Source: Candidatus Omnitrophota bacterium (GTDB lineage Bacteria; Omnitrophota; Gorgyraeia; 2-01-FULL-45-10). Taken from it: DNA of 64,000 nucleotides. Each line of letters opens with the position of its first letter. The stretch's first letter is position 1. The translations under genes and the position numbers were made by a program. The stretch is taken from contig JAUYOL010000036.1 in the NCBI GenBank assembly GCA_030695905.1, forward strand, positions 182,814-246,813, in the 5' to 3' direction. Of this stretch, positions 50,226 to 59,364 are shown piece by piece. The notes beneath the pieces are model-generated. The model was not told where the DNA came from. It did no database searches and was given only the letters and a program-made list of their open reading frames with translations.

Positions 50226-50544
50226 TTAATTTTTGCAATCCATGAATTAAGGTTAAAATGGGGTGCTTTGATATCATCCGCGGCCCCGCGTATTTCATAA
50301 CTGCGGTAACCTTGGCCCTCATAGACGGGTTATAACAATGTATGGCGCACTTTGAACATGCCGGCTTATCTTCACCAAAAGGGCATCTATCAAGACGCAG
50401 CCTTGCATAACCCAGGAGACCGGCGCATTCTTGACAAAGATTCTCCCCCGATTTATGGCGACCGGAACAGTATATCCCGATCATTGCTTCGATAGTCCTC
50501 TTTTCTCTATCCATCTTGGAAAAGCTTTTCTTCTGTCTTACCAT
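50215..50544 (-). CDS. YgbA/nitrous-oxide-stimulated promoter family protein
   Basis: MIGIYC...LCQEC...CPFGEDKPACSKCAIHCY...YAGPRM. Confidence 0.85.
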   Translation of the reverse strand: MVRQKKSFSKMDREKRTIEAMIGIYCSGRHKSGENLCQECAGLLGYARLRLDRCPFGEDKPACSKCAIHCYNPSMRAKVTAVMKYAGPRMISKHPILTLIHGLQKLNGI

Positions 50545-50645
50545 TAGGGTAACATCTCGGCTGCATGATGCGCGGCAGCCAGTTGACGGCTATTCAGGCG
50601 CTGTCGAGCTATCCACTGCTGACGCACAACTTTTAAGACTGCTCC

Positions 50646-51398
50646 TTATTCCAGGAATAATAAGAGGGCCATCACCGAAACCCCTAATATTATCGCGACA
50701 AACTGGCCCAGGGCGTGCGATATTTTAATACCGCAGCTTTGATGTAACTCAGGTATGAGATCCGAGCCGGCAATATATAAAAAGCCTCCGGCAGTCATTG
50801 GCATAAGTATAAGAGTGTAGTCCTTCATATATTTTCCGACCAGAAGAGAGATCAATACGCCGACAATCGCGCTAAGCGCGGAAACGAAATTAAACCATAG
50901 CGCTTTTTTTATCGAAAGCCCTCCATGTATAAGAACGCCGAAGTCGCCTATCTCCTGCGGTATTTCATGCATGATAACCGCCAGCGTCGTGGCGACTCCT
51001 ATGGGTATACTCACAGAAAAACTCGCGCCTATGATCATTCCGTCTACCAGATTATGAACGCCGTCGCCGATAAGATTCAGGGCAACGACAGGATGCATGT
51101 GGTTTTGCGATGTGGGGACATGGCAATGTCTCCAGCGGATGAATTTTTCCAAAACAAAGAATATGAGCATGCCTGCCATAATATAAAGAGATGTCGCAAG
51201 GCGTATACCGAGGCTTTCAAAAACTTCGGGCAAAAGATGGATAAAGACATCGCCTAACAGTCCCCCCACGGCAAAACTCACCAAAAAAAGAGTCATCTTC
51301 TGCAACCACTCTTTTTTCAGGGAAAGCGTGAATACTCCGATCAAGGAGATTAAGCCGACTAAGACCACGCTGGCGATGCTATATATCCATACATTCAT
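50646..51398 (-). CDS. ZIP family metal transporter
   Basis: HLLPE, His-rich loop, GDGVHNLVDG, HEIPQEIGDF. Confidence 0.92.
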   Translation of the reverse strand: MNVWIYSIASVVLVGLISLIGVFTLSLKKEWLQKMTLFLVSFAVGGLLGDVFIHLLPEVFESLGIRLATSLYIMAGMLIFFVLEKFIRWRHCHVPTSQNHMHPVVALNLIGDGVHNLVDGMIIGASFSVSIPIGVATTLAVIMHEIPQEIGDFGVLIHGGLSIKKALWFNFVSALSAIVGVLISLLVGKYMKDYTLILMPMTAGGFLYIAGSDLIPELHQSCGIKISHALGQFVAIILGVSVMALLLFLE

Positions 51399-51418
51399 AA
51401 ACTCTGCTCCATAATATG

Positions 51419-52042
51419 CTATTCATCCAGATGCGAATTTACATAGGACGAGAACATATCCTTTACTCTTGCGGGCAGCACCACGCCTATATCCTGGTCT
51501 ACAACCGCGCGTGCCATCTCCCGGACGATAGTTGAGTCCGACAGATCTTCTTCGCAGACATATATCGTCTTGCTCTTATTTACATAAAAGGATGAGACCT
51601 CTCTGGCCTTATCGAAAATATTGTAGTACTCTTCGTCCAGCTCTTTTTTTGTTTTGAATATCTTTATATTTATGCGTAGGTCCGGATACATATCGAGAAG
51701 CTCCTTCGTCCTTATGAATAACATATCCAGCCTGTATGCTATCTTTTCGGATGAGCTTCTCACGTTATCCGGATAAGAATTGCGGCCGTACGCGGAAAGT
51801 ATCCTCGTCCTCAATTTCCTCTCTATCGATTTTAAGTCATCCTGCGGGAGATAATATACGGTAAAATAAGCGCTCTTAAATGTGCCCCAGCTCTGCGAGC
51901 CGGACACATCCGCATATCCGATCTGGCCGGTATCATTCATCTCTAATGACGTGCTTACGCTGTTTATATATTCGCTCAATAACGGCATATGGCTGAAAGA
52001 TGCCCATGCTATTAGCGCCACGCCGAAAAAACCTTTTTTCAT
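51419..52042 (-). CDS. Exported hypothetical protein, degenerate zincin-like
   Basis: N-terminal hydrophobic segment; SFY...IYV...IVREMARAV where HExxH would be expected. Confidence 0.55.
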   Translation of the reverse strand: MKKGFFGVALIAWASFSHMPLLSEYINSVSTSLEMNDTGQIGYADVSGSQSWGTFKSAYFTVYYLPQDDLKSIERKLRTRILSAYGRNSYPDNVRSSSEKIAYRLDMLFIRTKELLDMYPDLRINIKIFKTKKELDEEYYNIFDKAREVSSFYVNKSKTIYVCEEDLSDSTIVREMARAVVDQDIGVVLPARVKDMFSSYVNSHLDE

Positions 52043-52046
52043 AAAA

Positions 52047-52589
52047 TTATACCTTGAATTTCTCCGCAACCTTCTTTAGATCTTTCGATTTTGACTTGGC
52101 CAGTTCAATATTATTGGCGTTCAAAGCTGACTCTATATCATCGGATATCTTCTTGATACCGGCAATGTCATGATCCAGGGCTTCCACCATTACGTTAAGT
52201 CCGTTGGCGAGAGATTTCATCTCATCGCCCTTGCGCAGGCCAAATCTGATCTTAAGATTACCGTTTGATATTTCCTTAATATCCTTCTCAAGACGATACA
52301 AAGGACCGGCTATTCTATGCGAAGTGATAAGCGCGACCGCTATCGTGGCCAGGCCGAGCGATACTATGACTATCGCACCCGACAAAAGGACACTCGGTAG
52401 AATAAAATCCGCCGTACTCTTTATAACCAGGCGGGAATTTTCGAAACTCGTAGTTACGGTGGACCTTGCCATAAGATATACTATTGCGCCCGATACAGCT
52501 GTAGCGATAATCACTAAAGAAGCGAATTTGACTATAAATTTAGCCTGAAATTTCTTGTTAACAAAATATTGTCTTCTTCTGTTCGGCAT
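52047..52589 (-). CDS. Small 2-TM HAMP-domain protein
   Basis: RRRQYFV..FQAKF, two TM segments, SHRIAGPLYRL...LRKGDE HAMP. Confidence 0.75.
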   Translation of the reverse strand: MPNRRRQYFVNKKFQAKFIVKFASLVIIATAVSGAIVYLMARSTVTTSFENSRLVIKSTADFILPSVLLSGAIVIVSLGLATIAVALITSHRIAGPLYRLEKDIKEISNGNLKIRFGLRKGDEMKSLANGLNVMVEALDHDIAGIKKISDDIESALNANNIELAKSKSKDLKKVAEKFKV

Positions 52590-52608
52590 AATCACCTCTT
52601 TTGAAATT

Positions 52609-53214
52609 TTACCGGACCTCTATTTCATGCAGGGCCTTCTTGTCGATCTTGACAGAAGCCCTCATCCTCAACCCATCCACCCATTTCTCAAGAAGAATCT
52701 CTTTCTTTCTCCTTAGGATAATATCCTTTATTTCGCCTTCCATATTTTCGATTGACGGAAACTCGGCCTGCTTCTCGGCCGAAACTTCGCCCTTCATCTT
52801 ATTGTACTCACTCAAGATCTCATTTTTATCTACATGTATCATCTCCGATATTTCCTGCAGTTTCTTCTTAAGCAACGCCTTAACGAGAGTCTGCTCCCAG
52901 TATCTTTCTATCTGCCTCATGAAGGATCTCTCTTTATCAAAATTTTCCTTCTGCGCCTCCTGAACCAGGACTTTACGCGTTATCAGTTCCTCCAGTATAT
53001 CCTCTTTGGCGTTGACGGGATCTGTGGCGAGAAACTTATGCGCAATCGTTGTCTTAAGGCCGTCGTTGAAATCCGCTACCGTTAACTCATAGTTATTGAC
53101 CCTGGCAATCACCTTGTCTTCAGGCGACATAGCCTCTTTACTCCTACCGCATCCGGCGATCAATAAAAACGACACCGATACAATCAATAGGATATTTTTA
53201 GAATACATCAACAC
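52609..53214 (-). CDS. SurA N-terminal-domain lipoprotein (no PPIase domain)
   Basis: Lipobox IAGC, VIARVNN, LEELITRKVLVQEA. Confidence 0.7.
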   Translation of the reverse strand: MLMYSKNILLIVSVSFLLIAGCGRSKEAMSPEDKVIARVNNYELTVADFNDGLKTTIAHKFLATDPVNAKEDILEELITRKVLVQEAQKENFDKERSFMRQIERYWEQTLVKALLKKKLQEISEMIHVDKNEILSEYNKMKGEVSAEKQAEFPSIENMEGEIKDIILRRKKEILLEKWVDGLRMRASVKIDKKALHEIEVR

Positions 53215-53773
53215 CTGCCTTGTTTAGTATTTTGGATAATTTCGCCATCGGAAGTCCTACTACATTATAGAAGCATCCTTCTATACGGTCAATAAAAACA
53301 CTGCCGAATCCCTGTATATCGAAACTACCGGCCTTATCAAGAGGCGATACCCTGTTAAAGTAATTCTTTATCTGCTTATCGCTTAAGTGGTACATATACA
53401 CTTTCGTCTTATCAAAATCGGTATATATCTTTTTCCCGTCGATATCTATCACCGCTATGCCGGTATAAACCCATTGGGGTTTGCGTGAAAGCAGTCTAAG
53501 CGTCTCAAAGGCATCCTTCATATTTTTGGGCTTTCCGATTATCTTTTTGCCTACTAAAACTACCGTATCAGCCGATATAACTATGCCGGAATCGAATCTC
53601 TTAGCGACATCTTTCGCCTTAAGGAGAGCGTTTTCCACCACAAGTTCACCACAGGTCGTCTTTATAACCCTCTTCTCCCTGACATCCGATGTAGCTACGG
53701 TAAATTCGATACCTATATCTTTCAGTAGTTTACGACGGGCTTTGGACTTTGACGCTAATATTATCCTACGCAT
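53198..53773 (-). CDS. maf: Maf family nucleotide pyrophosphatase
   Basis: ILASKSKARR, SADTVV, GKP, DKAGSF, NVVGLP. Confidence 0.92.
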   Translation of the reverse strand: MRRIILASKSKARRKLLKDIGIEFTVATSDVREKRVIKTTCGELVVENALLKAKDVAKRFDSGIVISADTVVLVGKKIIGKPKNMKDAFETLRLLSRKPQWVYTGIAVIDIDGKKIYTDFDKTKVYMYHLSDKQIKNYFNRVSPLDKAGSFDIQGFGSVFIDRIEGCFYNVVGLPMAKLSKILNKAGVDVF

Positions 53774-55004
53774 TGGCCGCGCTCTCCCCCGCAAGATACC
53801 CTGTAGAAAATGCCTGCTGTAGATTATATCCGCCGCTTGGCGCGCCGCCCTCGATTACCTCGCCCGCAAAATATAACCCCGGCACTATCTTGGATTCCAT
53901 CGTCCTGGGGTTTATCTCTTTAGTAGAAACTCCGCCGCAGGTAACCATAGCCTCCTCTATAGGCAGGGTACCTGTTATAGTAAGCGGGAGAGCCTTTAAT
54001 ACCCTGGCAAGCGCTCGCCTCTCATCCTTGGATATCTGATGAACTTTTTTATTGGCATTGAGGCTGGCCATCTTTATTATAGTTGGCACAAGCCTCAAAG
54101 GAAGCATTCCTGAAAGCATATTCTTTACCTCTTTACCGCCATGCTCTTTGAATTCCCTTAAGAGCTTATCTTCCATCTCTTCCGTCTTTATCCCGGGCTT
54201 TAAATCAATAAATAGACCCATTTCTTTATGCTCATCCAACAGATGGGCTATTTCACCGCTTAAATCCAAAATGAGAGGCCCGGAAACGCCAAAATGGGTA
54301 AGAAGCAATTCCCCCACTTCCGAGCATATCTTCTTTTTTCCGGCGACAAATACTATGCTAATATTCTTTAGCGTGAGTCCTTGAAGCTCTTTTACCCATT
54401 CTTCTTTTACCTTTAGAGGAACGAGTCCCGGCCTTAGTGCTATTATTGTGTGGCCCAGTTTTTTCGCGAACTGAAAACCTTCGCCGGATGAGCCGGTGTC
54501 GCGATATGACGCTCCCCCCGTGGCGAGTATAACCTTTTTTGCGCTGTCTAAACTCTGGCCGTGAACAAGAGCAAAGCCTTCTTTGTCTTTCTTTATCTCT
54601 TCAATACGCGCTTTATATCTTATATCAACGTTGTTCTCTTTTAAACATTCCACCAGCACACTTGTTACAGAGCGCGCGCTGTCTGTTACAGGAAATACCC
54701 TGCCTTGCCTCTCTATCTTTAATTCAAGATGCCTGGACTTAAAAAATTCCATAAGATCTTCGTTTGAAAAACGCGATAATGCGGTCCTTAAGAACTGCCC
54801 CGTCTTGCCGAACTTTTCTATAAAGATATCCTGCTTACCGCTATTGGTAAGATTACACCTGCCTTTACCCGTAATAAGTATCTTACGCCCTACAGAATCG
54901 TTCTTCTCCAGCAATACTACTCTTTTATTTAGCTGTCCTGCCCTTATCGCCGCTATCATGCCTGCGGGGCCCGCCCCTATAACCGCTATGTCGTATTTGG
55001 CCAT
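53766..55004 (-). CDS. BaiN/HI0933 family flavoprotein
   Basis: GAGPAG, KILITGKGRCNLTN, THFGVSGP, GGYNLQQAFSTG. Confidence 0.92.
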   Translation of the reverse strand: MAKYDIAVIGAGPAGMIAAIRAGQLNKRVVLLEKNDSVGRKILITGKGRCNLTNSGKQDIFIEKFGKTGQFLRTALSRFSNEDLMEFFKSRHLELKIERQGRVFPVTDSARSVTSVLVECLKENNVDIRYKARIEEIKKDKEGFALVHGQSLDSAKKVILATGGASYRDTGSSGEGFQFAKKLGHTIIALRPGLVPLKVKEEWVKELQGLTLKNISIVFVAGKKKICSEVGELLLTHFGVSGPLILDLSGEIAHLLDEHKEMGLFIDLKPGIKTEEMEDKLLREFKEHGGKEVKNMLSGMLPLRLVPTIIKMASLNANKKVHQISKDERRALARVLKALPLTITGTLPIEEAMVTCGGVSTKEINPRTMESKIVPGLYFAGEVIEGGAPSGGYNLQQAFSTGYLAGESAANA

Positions 55005-55005
55005 A

Positions 55006-56199
55006 TTAAGAAAAAGCCGCCTCTCCTGCGGTAAGCCCGGATGCCCAGGCCCACGCCAGATTATATCCGCCGCGTTTACCGCAGACATCTAATGCCTCTC
55101 CGGCGAAATAAAGGTTCTTTACCAATTTTGATTCCAAAGTAAGCTCATTCACTTCTTTCGTATCGACACCGCCGGAAGTAAACTCAGCCTCATTCCAGCC
55201 CCTCGTACCTAAAACTTTGAATAATCTATTCTTAAGCGACATCGCTATGTCCTCCGTATCATCCTTGTCAAGATGCTCTTTTAAGGCCGGTCCAAATTTA
55301 TTGGGCAATATCCCAACAATCAATTCTTCCGCGGGAAGAGCGCGCTCCACTCTTTTTGCTATCTCGTTTTCAAGCACTCCGGCGTCCATAAATGGCACCA
55401 TATCTATCGATATAAAAACATTATTCTTTTTATGCCTGTTTATAGCAACGGATATCTCTTCGCTTACGTCTATTATGCTCGTGCCGGAAAGCCCATATTT
55501 TGTAAATAGCAGGTCTCCCCTTGATTCACATACATCTTTTCCGTCTATAACAGCTTTAACCTTCGCAAATATCTTCTGGCCCTGCAGGAGATGGCAGAGT
55601 TTATCCTTCACAACCAGCGGCACCGCTGCCGGCACGGGCTCGATGATCTTATGGCCCAGCCTATGGGCCAGTTCGTAACAGCTGCCGTCAGAACCCAGCG
55701 CCGGGTATGACTTGCCGCCGCCGGCAATAATGAGCTTGCCGCATTCCATGCTTTTGCCGCTCTTCGACTTGACTGAAAATATTCCGGCCGAATGTGAAAT
55801 TTTATCTACCTCAAAATTTAATTCCGTCACAATGCCAAGCCTGGCAAGTTCCATCTCCAGCACTTTTAGCACGGACGAGGATTGATTTGTCGCGGGGAAT
55901 ACGCGGCCGCCTTCGGAATATGTCTCCAGGCCCAGGTCTTTGAAAAAATTTAAGATCTCTTCTTTTCCATACCTGGTAAAGACGGATTTGACGAGATTTC
56001 TCGCGGATCGGTTATAGCCGGATTCGTCCAAATTTTCGTTTGAGAGATTACATCTGCCGTTACCCGACGCTAAGACCTTCTTGCCTACCTTGGGCATCCT
56101 TTCGCAGATAACTACAGGCACGCCTTTACGTCTCGCGCCTATCGCGGCTGTGATTCCCGCCGCGCCGCCACCGATAACTAAAGTATGGGAATTTTTCAT
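55006..56199 (-). CDS. Second BaiN/HI0933 family flavoprotein
   Basis: GGGAAG, ASGNGRCNLSN, FTKYGLSG, GGYNLAWAWASG. Confidence 0.92.
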   Translation of the reverse strand: MKNSHTLVIGGGAAGITAAIGARRKGVPVVICERMPKVGKKVLASGNGRCNLSNENLDESGYNRSARNLVKSVFTRYGKEEILNFFKDLGLETYSEGGRVFPATNQSSSVLKVLEMELARLGIVTELNFEVDKISHSAGIFSVKSKSGKSMECGKLIIAGGGKSYPALGSDGSCYELAHRLGHKIIEPVPAAVPLVVKDKLCHLLQGQKIFAKVKAVIDGKDVCESRGDLLFTKYGLSGTSIIDVSEEISVAINRHKKNNVFISIDMVPFMDAGVLENEIAKRVERALPAEELIVGILPNKFGPALKEHLDKDDTEDIAMSLKNRLFKVLGTRGWNEAEFTSGGVDTKEVNELTLESKLVKNLYFAGEALDVCGKRGGYNLAWAWASGLTAGEAAFS

Positions 56200-56200
56200 A

Positions 56201-56854
56201 TTATCCTGTATTTTGTAAAAACTTTTCCATATCATCCGGCATCGGTGATTTGAATTCCATTGTCTCTTTTGTTACCGGATGCGTAAAACGCAGATATGCC
56301 GCATGCAACGCAAGCCTTTTGAACTTCAATTCAAAATCTTTTCTAAAAACATAAACGCTTTCCCCTAAAAGCGGGTGACCTATGGATTTCAAGTGTATTC
56401 GTATCTGATTGGTTCTGCCCGTTACAGGCACGGCCTCTATTACAGTAAAATTCTCATGCCTTTCTACTACGGTATACTTTGTCTGGGCGCTCTCTTTACG
56501 CCCCTTGCTCTTATTATAGATATCCCTATCTATAGTATCAAATTTTTTCTTTACCACACCATGCACAAAAGCTATGTAGGCCTTCTTTACGGCTCTTTTT
56601 TTGAATTCCTCCATCATTGCCGCCTGAATAGCCTTGCCTTTGGCATAAAGAATGAGCCCTGAAGTCTCGCGGTCTATGCGATGACATGGATAGGCATTGG
56701 CTTCTACCCCGCGTTCATCAAGCTCGCGATTTAGAAGATGGGTTAAAGTGTTGGTCTCTTTATTGGGTGTGGGTATAACGAGCATGCCGGAAGGCTTACC
56801 AACAACGATTATCTGCCCGTCTTCGTAGATTATATTGTACCGCTTACCGTCCAT
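56201..56854 (-). CDS. RluA family pseudouridine synthase (no S4 domain)
   Basis: KPSGM, HRIDRETSG, TGRTNQIRIH, ALHA. Confidence 0.92.
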   Translation of the reverse strand: MDGKRYNIIYEDGQIIVVGKPSGMLVIPTPNKETNTLTHLLNRELDERGVEANAYPCHRIDRETSGLILYAKGKAIQAAMMEEFKKRAVKKAYIAFVHGVVKKKFDTIDRDIYNKSKGRKESAQTKYTVVERHENFTVIEAVPVTGRTNQIRIHLKSIGHPLLGESVYVFRKDFELKFKRLALHAAYLRFTHPVTKETMEFKSPMPDDMEKFLQNTG

Positions 56855-56877
56855 AAGGACAGTATTATATCATATCG

Positions 56878-56913
56878 GGAGACGCTTTCCAATTCAATCG
56901 GGAAGCTGCCCCC
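56878..56913 (+). repeat. 36-bp REP-like repeat, copy A
   Basis: ggagacgctttccaattcaatcgggaagctgccccc; 35/36 identical to the reverse complement of 62450-62485. Confidence 0.85.
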
Positions 56914-56925
56914 CCACCCTGGTTA

Positions 56926-57564
56926 CTAACCAATAAACATTATGAATACACCCGTAAGCGCTATGACGATTCCCGCAAAGGCGTGGGAATACCTCTCTGC
57001 GATATCATGCCTTACCAGATGTATGCCAAAGTGAGCGAGCAGCGTCTGCGCCAACATCATAACTATAGTCACCAGAGAAAATATCAGGCTTGTCGTCAAT
57101 ATCCCTATCCAGCCATACTCTGTGGCAAGAAACATTAATGGCACTAAAGGCTCGCATGGACCAAGAACAAATATAGCGAATAAAGTCCACATAGTTATTG
57201 TCTTCTTATCGATATCTTTTGTATCGATATGCTCATGTTTATAATCGCGCGCTTTCTTTAGTCCCCACATAGTATATGCCACTCCAAAGCCTATCAAAAG
57301 CCATAGGCCTATCTCGCTCCTATGAGATTCGATCGATTTCAGGTTGGCCAGGCTAAAACCTAATAATATACCTATGCACCCCAAAAGTATCGAAGATCCT
57401 ACATGTCCAATGCCCGAAACTAAAGTTACCATCATTAATTTCGTCCTCGACCATTTTTTTGCCTTGCCGATAACGGCAAATGGCATCCAATGGTCTGGCG
57501 CCAGAGCATGTAAGAATCCTATTGAAAGAGTCGAAACCATTAATAGAAAATAGCTTTTGTTCAT
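56926..57564 (-). CDS. Nickel/cobalt transporter-like membrane protein (NiCoT/UreH/RcnA-like)
   Basis: HALAPDHW, GHV, His-containing loop, GPCEP, six TM segments. Confidence 0.7.
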   Translation of the reverse strand: MNKSYFLLMVSTLSIGFLHALAPDHWMPFAVIGKAKKWSRTKLMMVTLVSGIGHVGSSILLGCIGILLGFSLANLKSIESHRSEIGLWLLIGFGVAYTMWGLKKARDYKHEHIDTKDIDKKTITMWTLFAIFVLGPCEPLVPLMFLATEYGWIGILTTSLIFSLVTIVMMLAQTLLAHFGIHLVRHDIAERYSHAFAGIVIALTGVFIMFIG

Positions 57565-57583
57565 ACTGCCTCCATCTCGGATA

Positions 57584-57634
57584 ATTATACCAAAACATTC
57601 TTATCTTTTCAGCAATATTAAGTTGTGCTATAAT
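57584..57634. promoter_or_regulatory. Divergent extended -10 promoters
   Basis: Plus-strand TGCTATAAT (57626-57634), 6 nt before ATG 57641; minus-strand TGGTATAAT (57584-57592) ahead of GGAGG and ATG 57564. Confidence 0.6.
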
Positions 57635-57640
57635 CGGGCC

Positions 57641-58063
57641 ATGGCAAAAAAATTCGCCGGTATATTCTTACTTAAGGTGATCGCGCTTATAATAATAAAG
57701 GATACGATTGAGTCCTTCGGCGATCTCTTCTTCAAGATGGGCACCCTCTCTACCGGTATTTCGAATGTAACGATGGCCAATGTGCTTGAATTTGCCTCAA
57801 GAGTGACATCTAATCCGTGGCTATGGGTGGGAGTCATCCTATACCTCGCCAACTTTTTCCTATGGATAGCCCTTTTATCGAGAGTAGACTTGAGCATAGC
57901 ATTCCCGATGTCGAGCCTTACATATATTATAGTGCCTTTTTTGGCAATAGCATTTCTTCAAGAAAAAGTCGCGCCTATCAGATGGGCCGGCATACTCTTT
58001 ATTATAATAGGTGTAAGCTTATCCGGGCGCGCGGCGAGTAATAATAAAGGCGGGGTAACCTGA
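57641..58063 (+). CDS. EamA/SMR-like 4-TM protein (ArnE/ArnF-like)
   Basis: LWIALLSRVDLSIAFPMSSLTY...LQEKVAPIRWAG. Confidence 0.8.
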   Translation: MAKKFAGIFLLKVIALIIIKDTIESFGDLFFKMGTLSTGISNVTMANVLEFASRVTSNPWLWVGVILYLANFFLWIALLSRVDLSIAFPMSSLTYIIVPFLAIAFLQEKVAPIRWAGILFIIIGVSLSGRAASNNKGGVT

Positions 58064-58437
58064 TGAGCCTTAAACTTATTATTCTAATAGTGCTTGCGGA
58101 GATATTCATATGCTCGGCGCAATTTCTATTTAAGACAGGCGCTAACAAGCTTAAATTCCACAATCTTAATACGATAAATGGATATATAACATTTATAAAA
58201 TCATCATTGGCTATTCCGGCAATATGGGGAGGCTTGCTGCTAAACGCATTTGCCGTGGTGGTATGGATACTGGTGCTCACGCTCGTTGACTTAAGCCTCG
58301 CGATACCCTTGGACAGCATTCACTATGTATTGATACTTATAGGCTCACATTTCTTTCTTAAAGAGCGCCTTACCTGGGAAAGAGTAGCGGCTACGCTATT
58401 TATTGCCGGCGGGATAGTGCTTGTAGCTCTTGGCTAA
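58063..58437 (+). CDS. Second EamA/SMR-like 4-TM protein (ArnE/ArnF-like)
   Basis: AQFLFK, WILVLTLVDLSLAIPL, LKERLTWER. Confidence 0.8.
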   Translation: MSLKLIILIVLAEIFICSAQFLFKTGANKLKFHNLNTINGYITFIKSSLAIPAIWGGLLLNAFAVVVWILVLTLVDLSLAIPLDSIHYVLILIGSHFFLKERLTWERVAATLFIAGGIVLVALG

Positions 58438-59363
58438 GAAGGTAGTAGAAGTTCCAATATCCTGATATTTGTCGCTTCGTTCACGGAATCTATTATAGAC
58501 TGATCTTTGTCCATAGCGCTGAAATGGCGCGGGTGGCCGATATCGTTAATGGCCGTTCTTATAAATCCTTCCGCCTTTACCAAAGAATAATCGCCTGTTA
58601 TATCGAGGCCTGCGATCTGACAATTCTCTTTTATAAAATTTAGCATGAGTAACAAGTCTCCCAAATCAAGAGCGCCCTCTTCCCAGTTGGTAAGCGAATA
58701 CCGATCGTATAGACAATCCTTATCTATCGTGACATAGACTTTTTTTGTAGGAAGGCGGCGTAATATATGCAGAAAAAATTCGGCTATATTCTTGTCTTTA
58801 AGCTCCTGCCAATATATCTCATTAAAAAATAGCCCATTTTTAACCGTTATCGATATATTTTTCGGTATATTCTTTAAAAAAACTTTTGTCGGTTTATGCT
58901 GATAAGGATATATCTCCACCCTATCGTCCTTTAATAAATCGTAGCTGCCGGTCTGGATGACGTTCGGGGAAATATCTCCGGAAGACGCTCCTAATAATAT
59001 TATTTTTTTTACGTTCTCTTTTTCCGCGATCTTCGTTACCCATGCGCCGCAACTTATCCTGGGCGGCATCATATCCCAGTCGGGATGGCGGTCAAACGAA
59101 ATTACGCTTATATCTTCGCTGAATTGATCTATCAGCAGACTTGCTACATGGTGGAAATCACCTGAACCAAGAAATGTTACGGAATGTTTTGCGGCGGGGT
59201 CGATAGATGCCCTTATCTGATTAAATGTTTTTTCATCCGAATATAACCGTGCAGCGGGTCCAAATTTTGTGAGATCTACCACAGAAGGGCTGAAGCGCTC
59301 GATTAGGCGCTTCTGCCGTGTTACACTATTATCAAAATTTAGTATCCGTACCGGTCCAACCAT
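58434..59363 (-). CDS. Arginase/ureohydrolase-fold metalloenzyme
   Basis: GSGDFHH, FDRHPD, IDKDCL, GLDITGD metal ligands. Confidence 0.8.
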   Translation of the reverse strand: MVGPVRILNFDNSVTRQKRLIERFSPSVVDLTKFGPAARLYSDEKTFNQIRASIDPAAKHSVTFLGSGDFHHVASLLIDQFSEDISVISFDRHPDWDMMPPRISCGAWVTKIAEKENVKKIILLGASSGDISPNVIQTGSYDLLKDDRVEIYPYQHKPTKVFLKNIPKNISITVKNGLFFNEIYWQELKDKNIAEFFLHILRRLPTKKVYVTIDKDCLYDRYSLTNWEEGALDLGDLLLMLNFIKENCQIAGLDITGDYSLVKAEGFIRTAINDIGHPRHFSAMDKDQSIIDSVNEATNIRILELLLPS

Positions 59364-59364
59364 T

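Noticed and set aside
50545-50645. GC-rich spacer with hairpin ggctgc...gcagcc, considered as an attC site or riboswitch
   Set aside because: The ends do not fit RYYYAAC/GTTRRRY, no integrase is present, and no known aptamer consensus is visible
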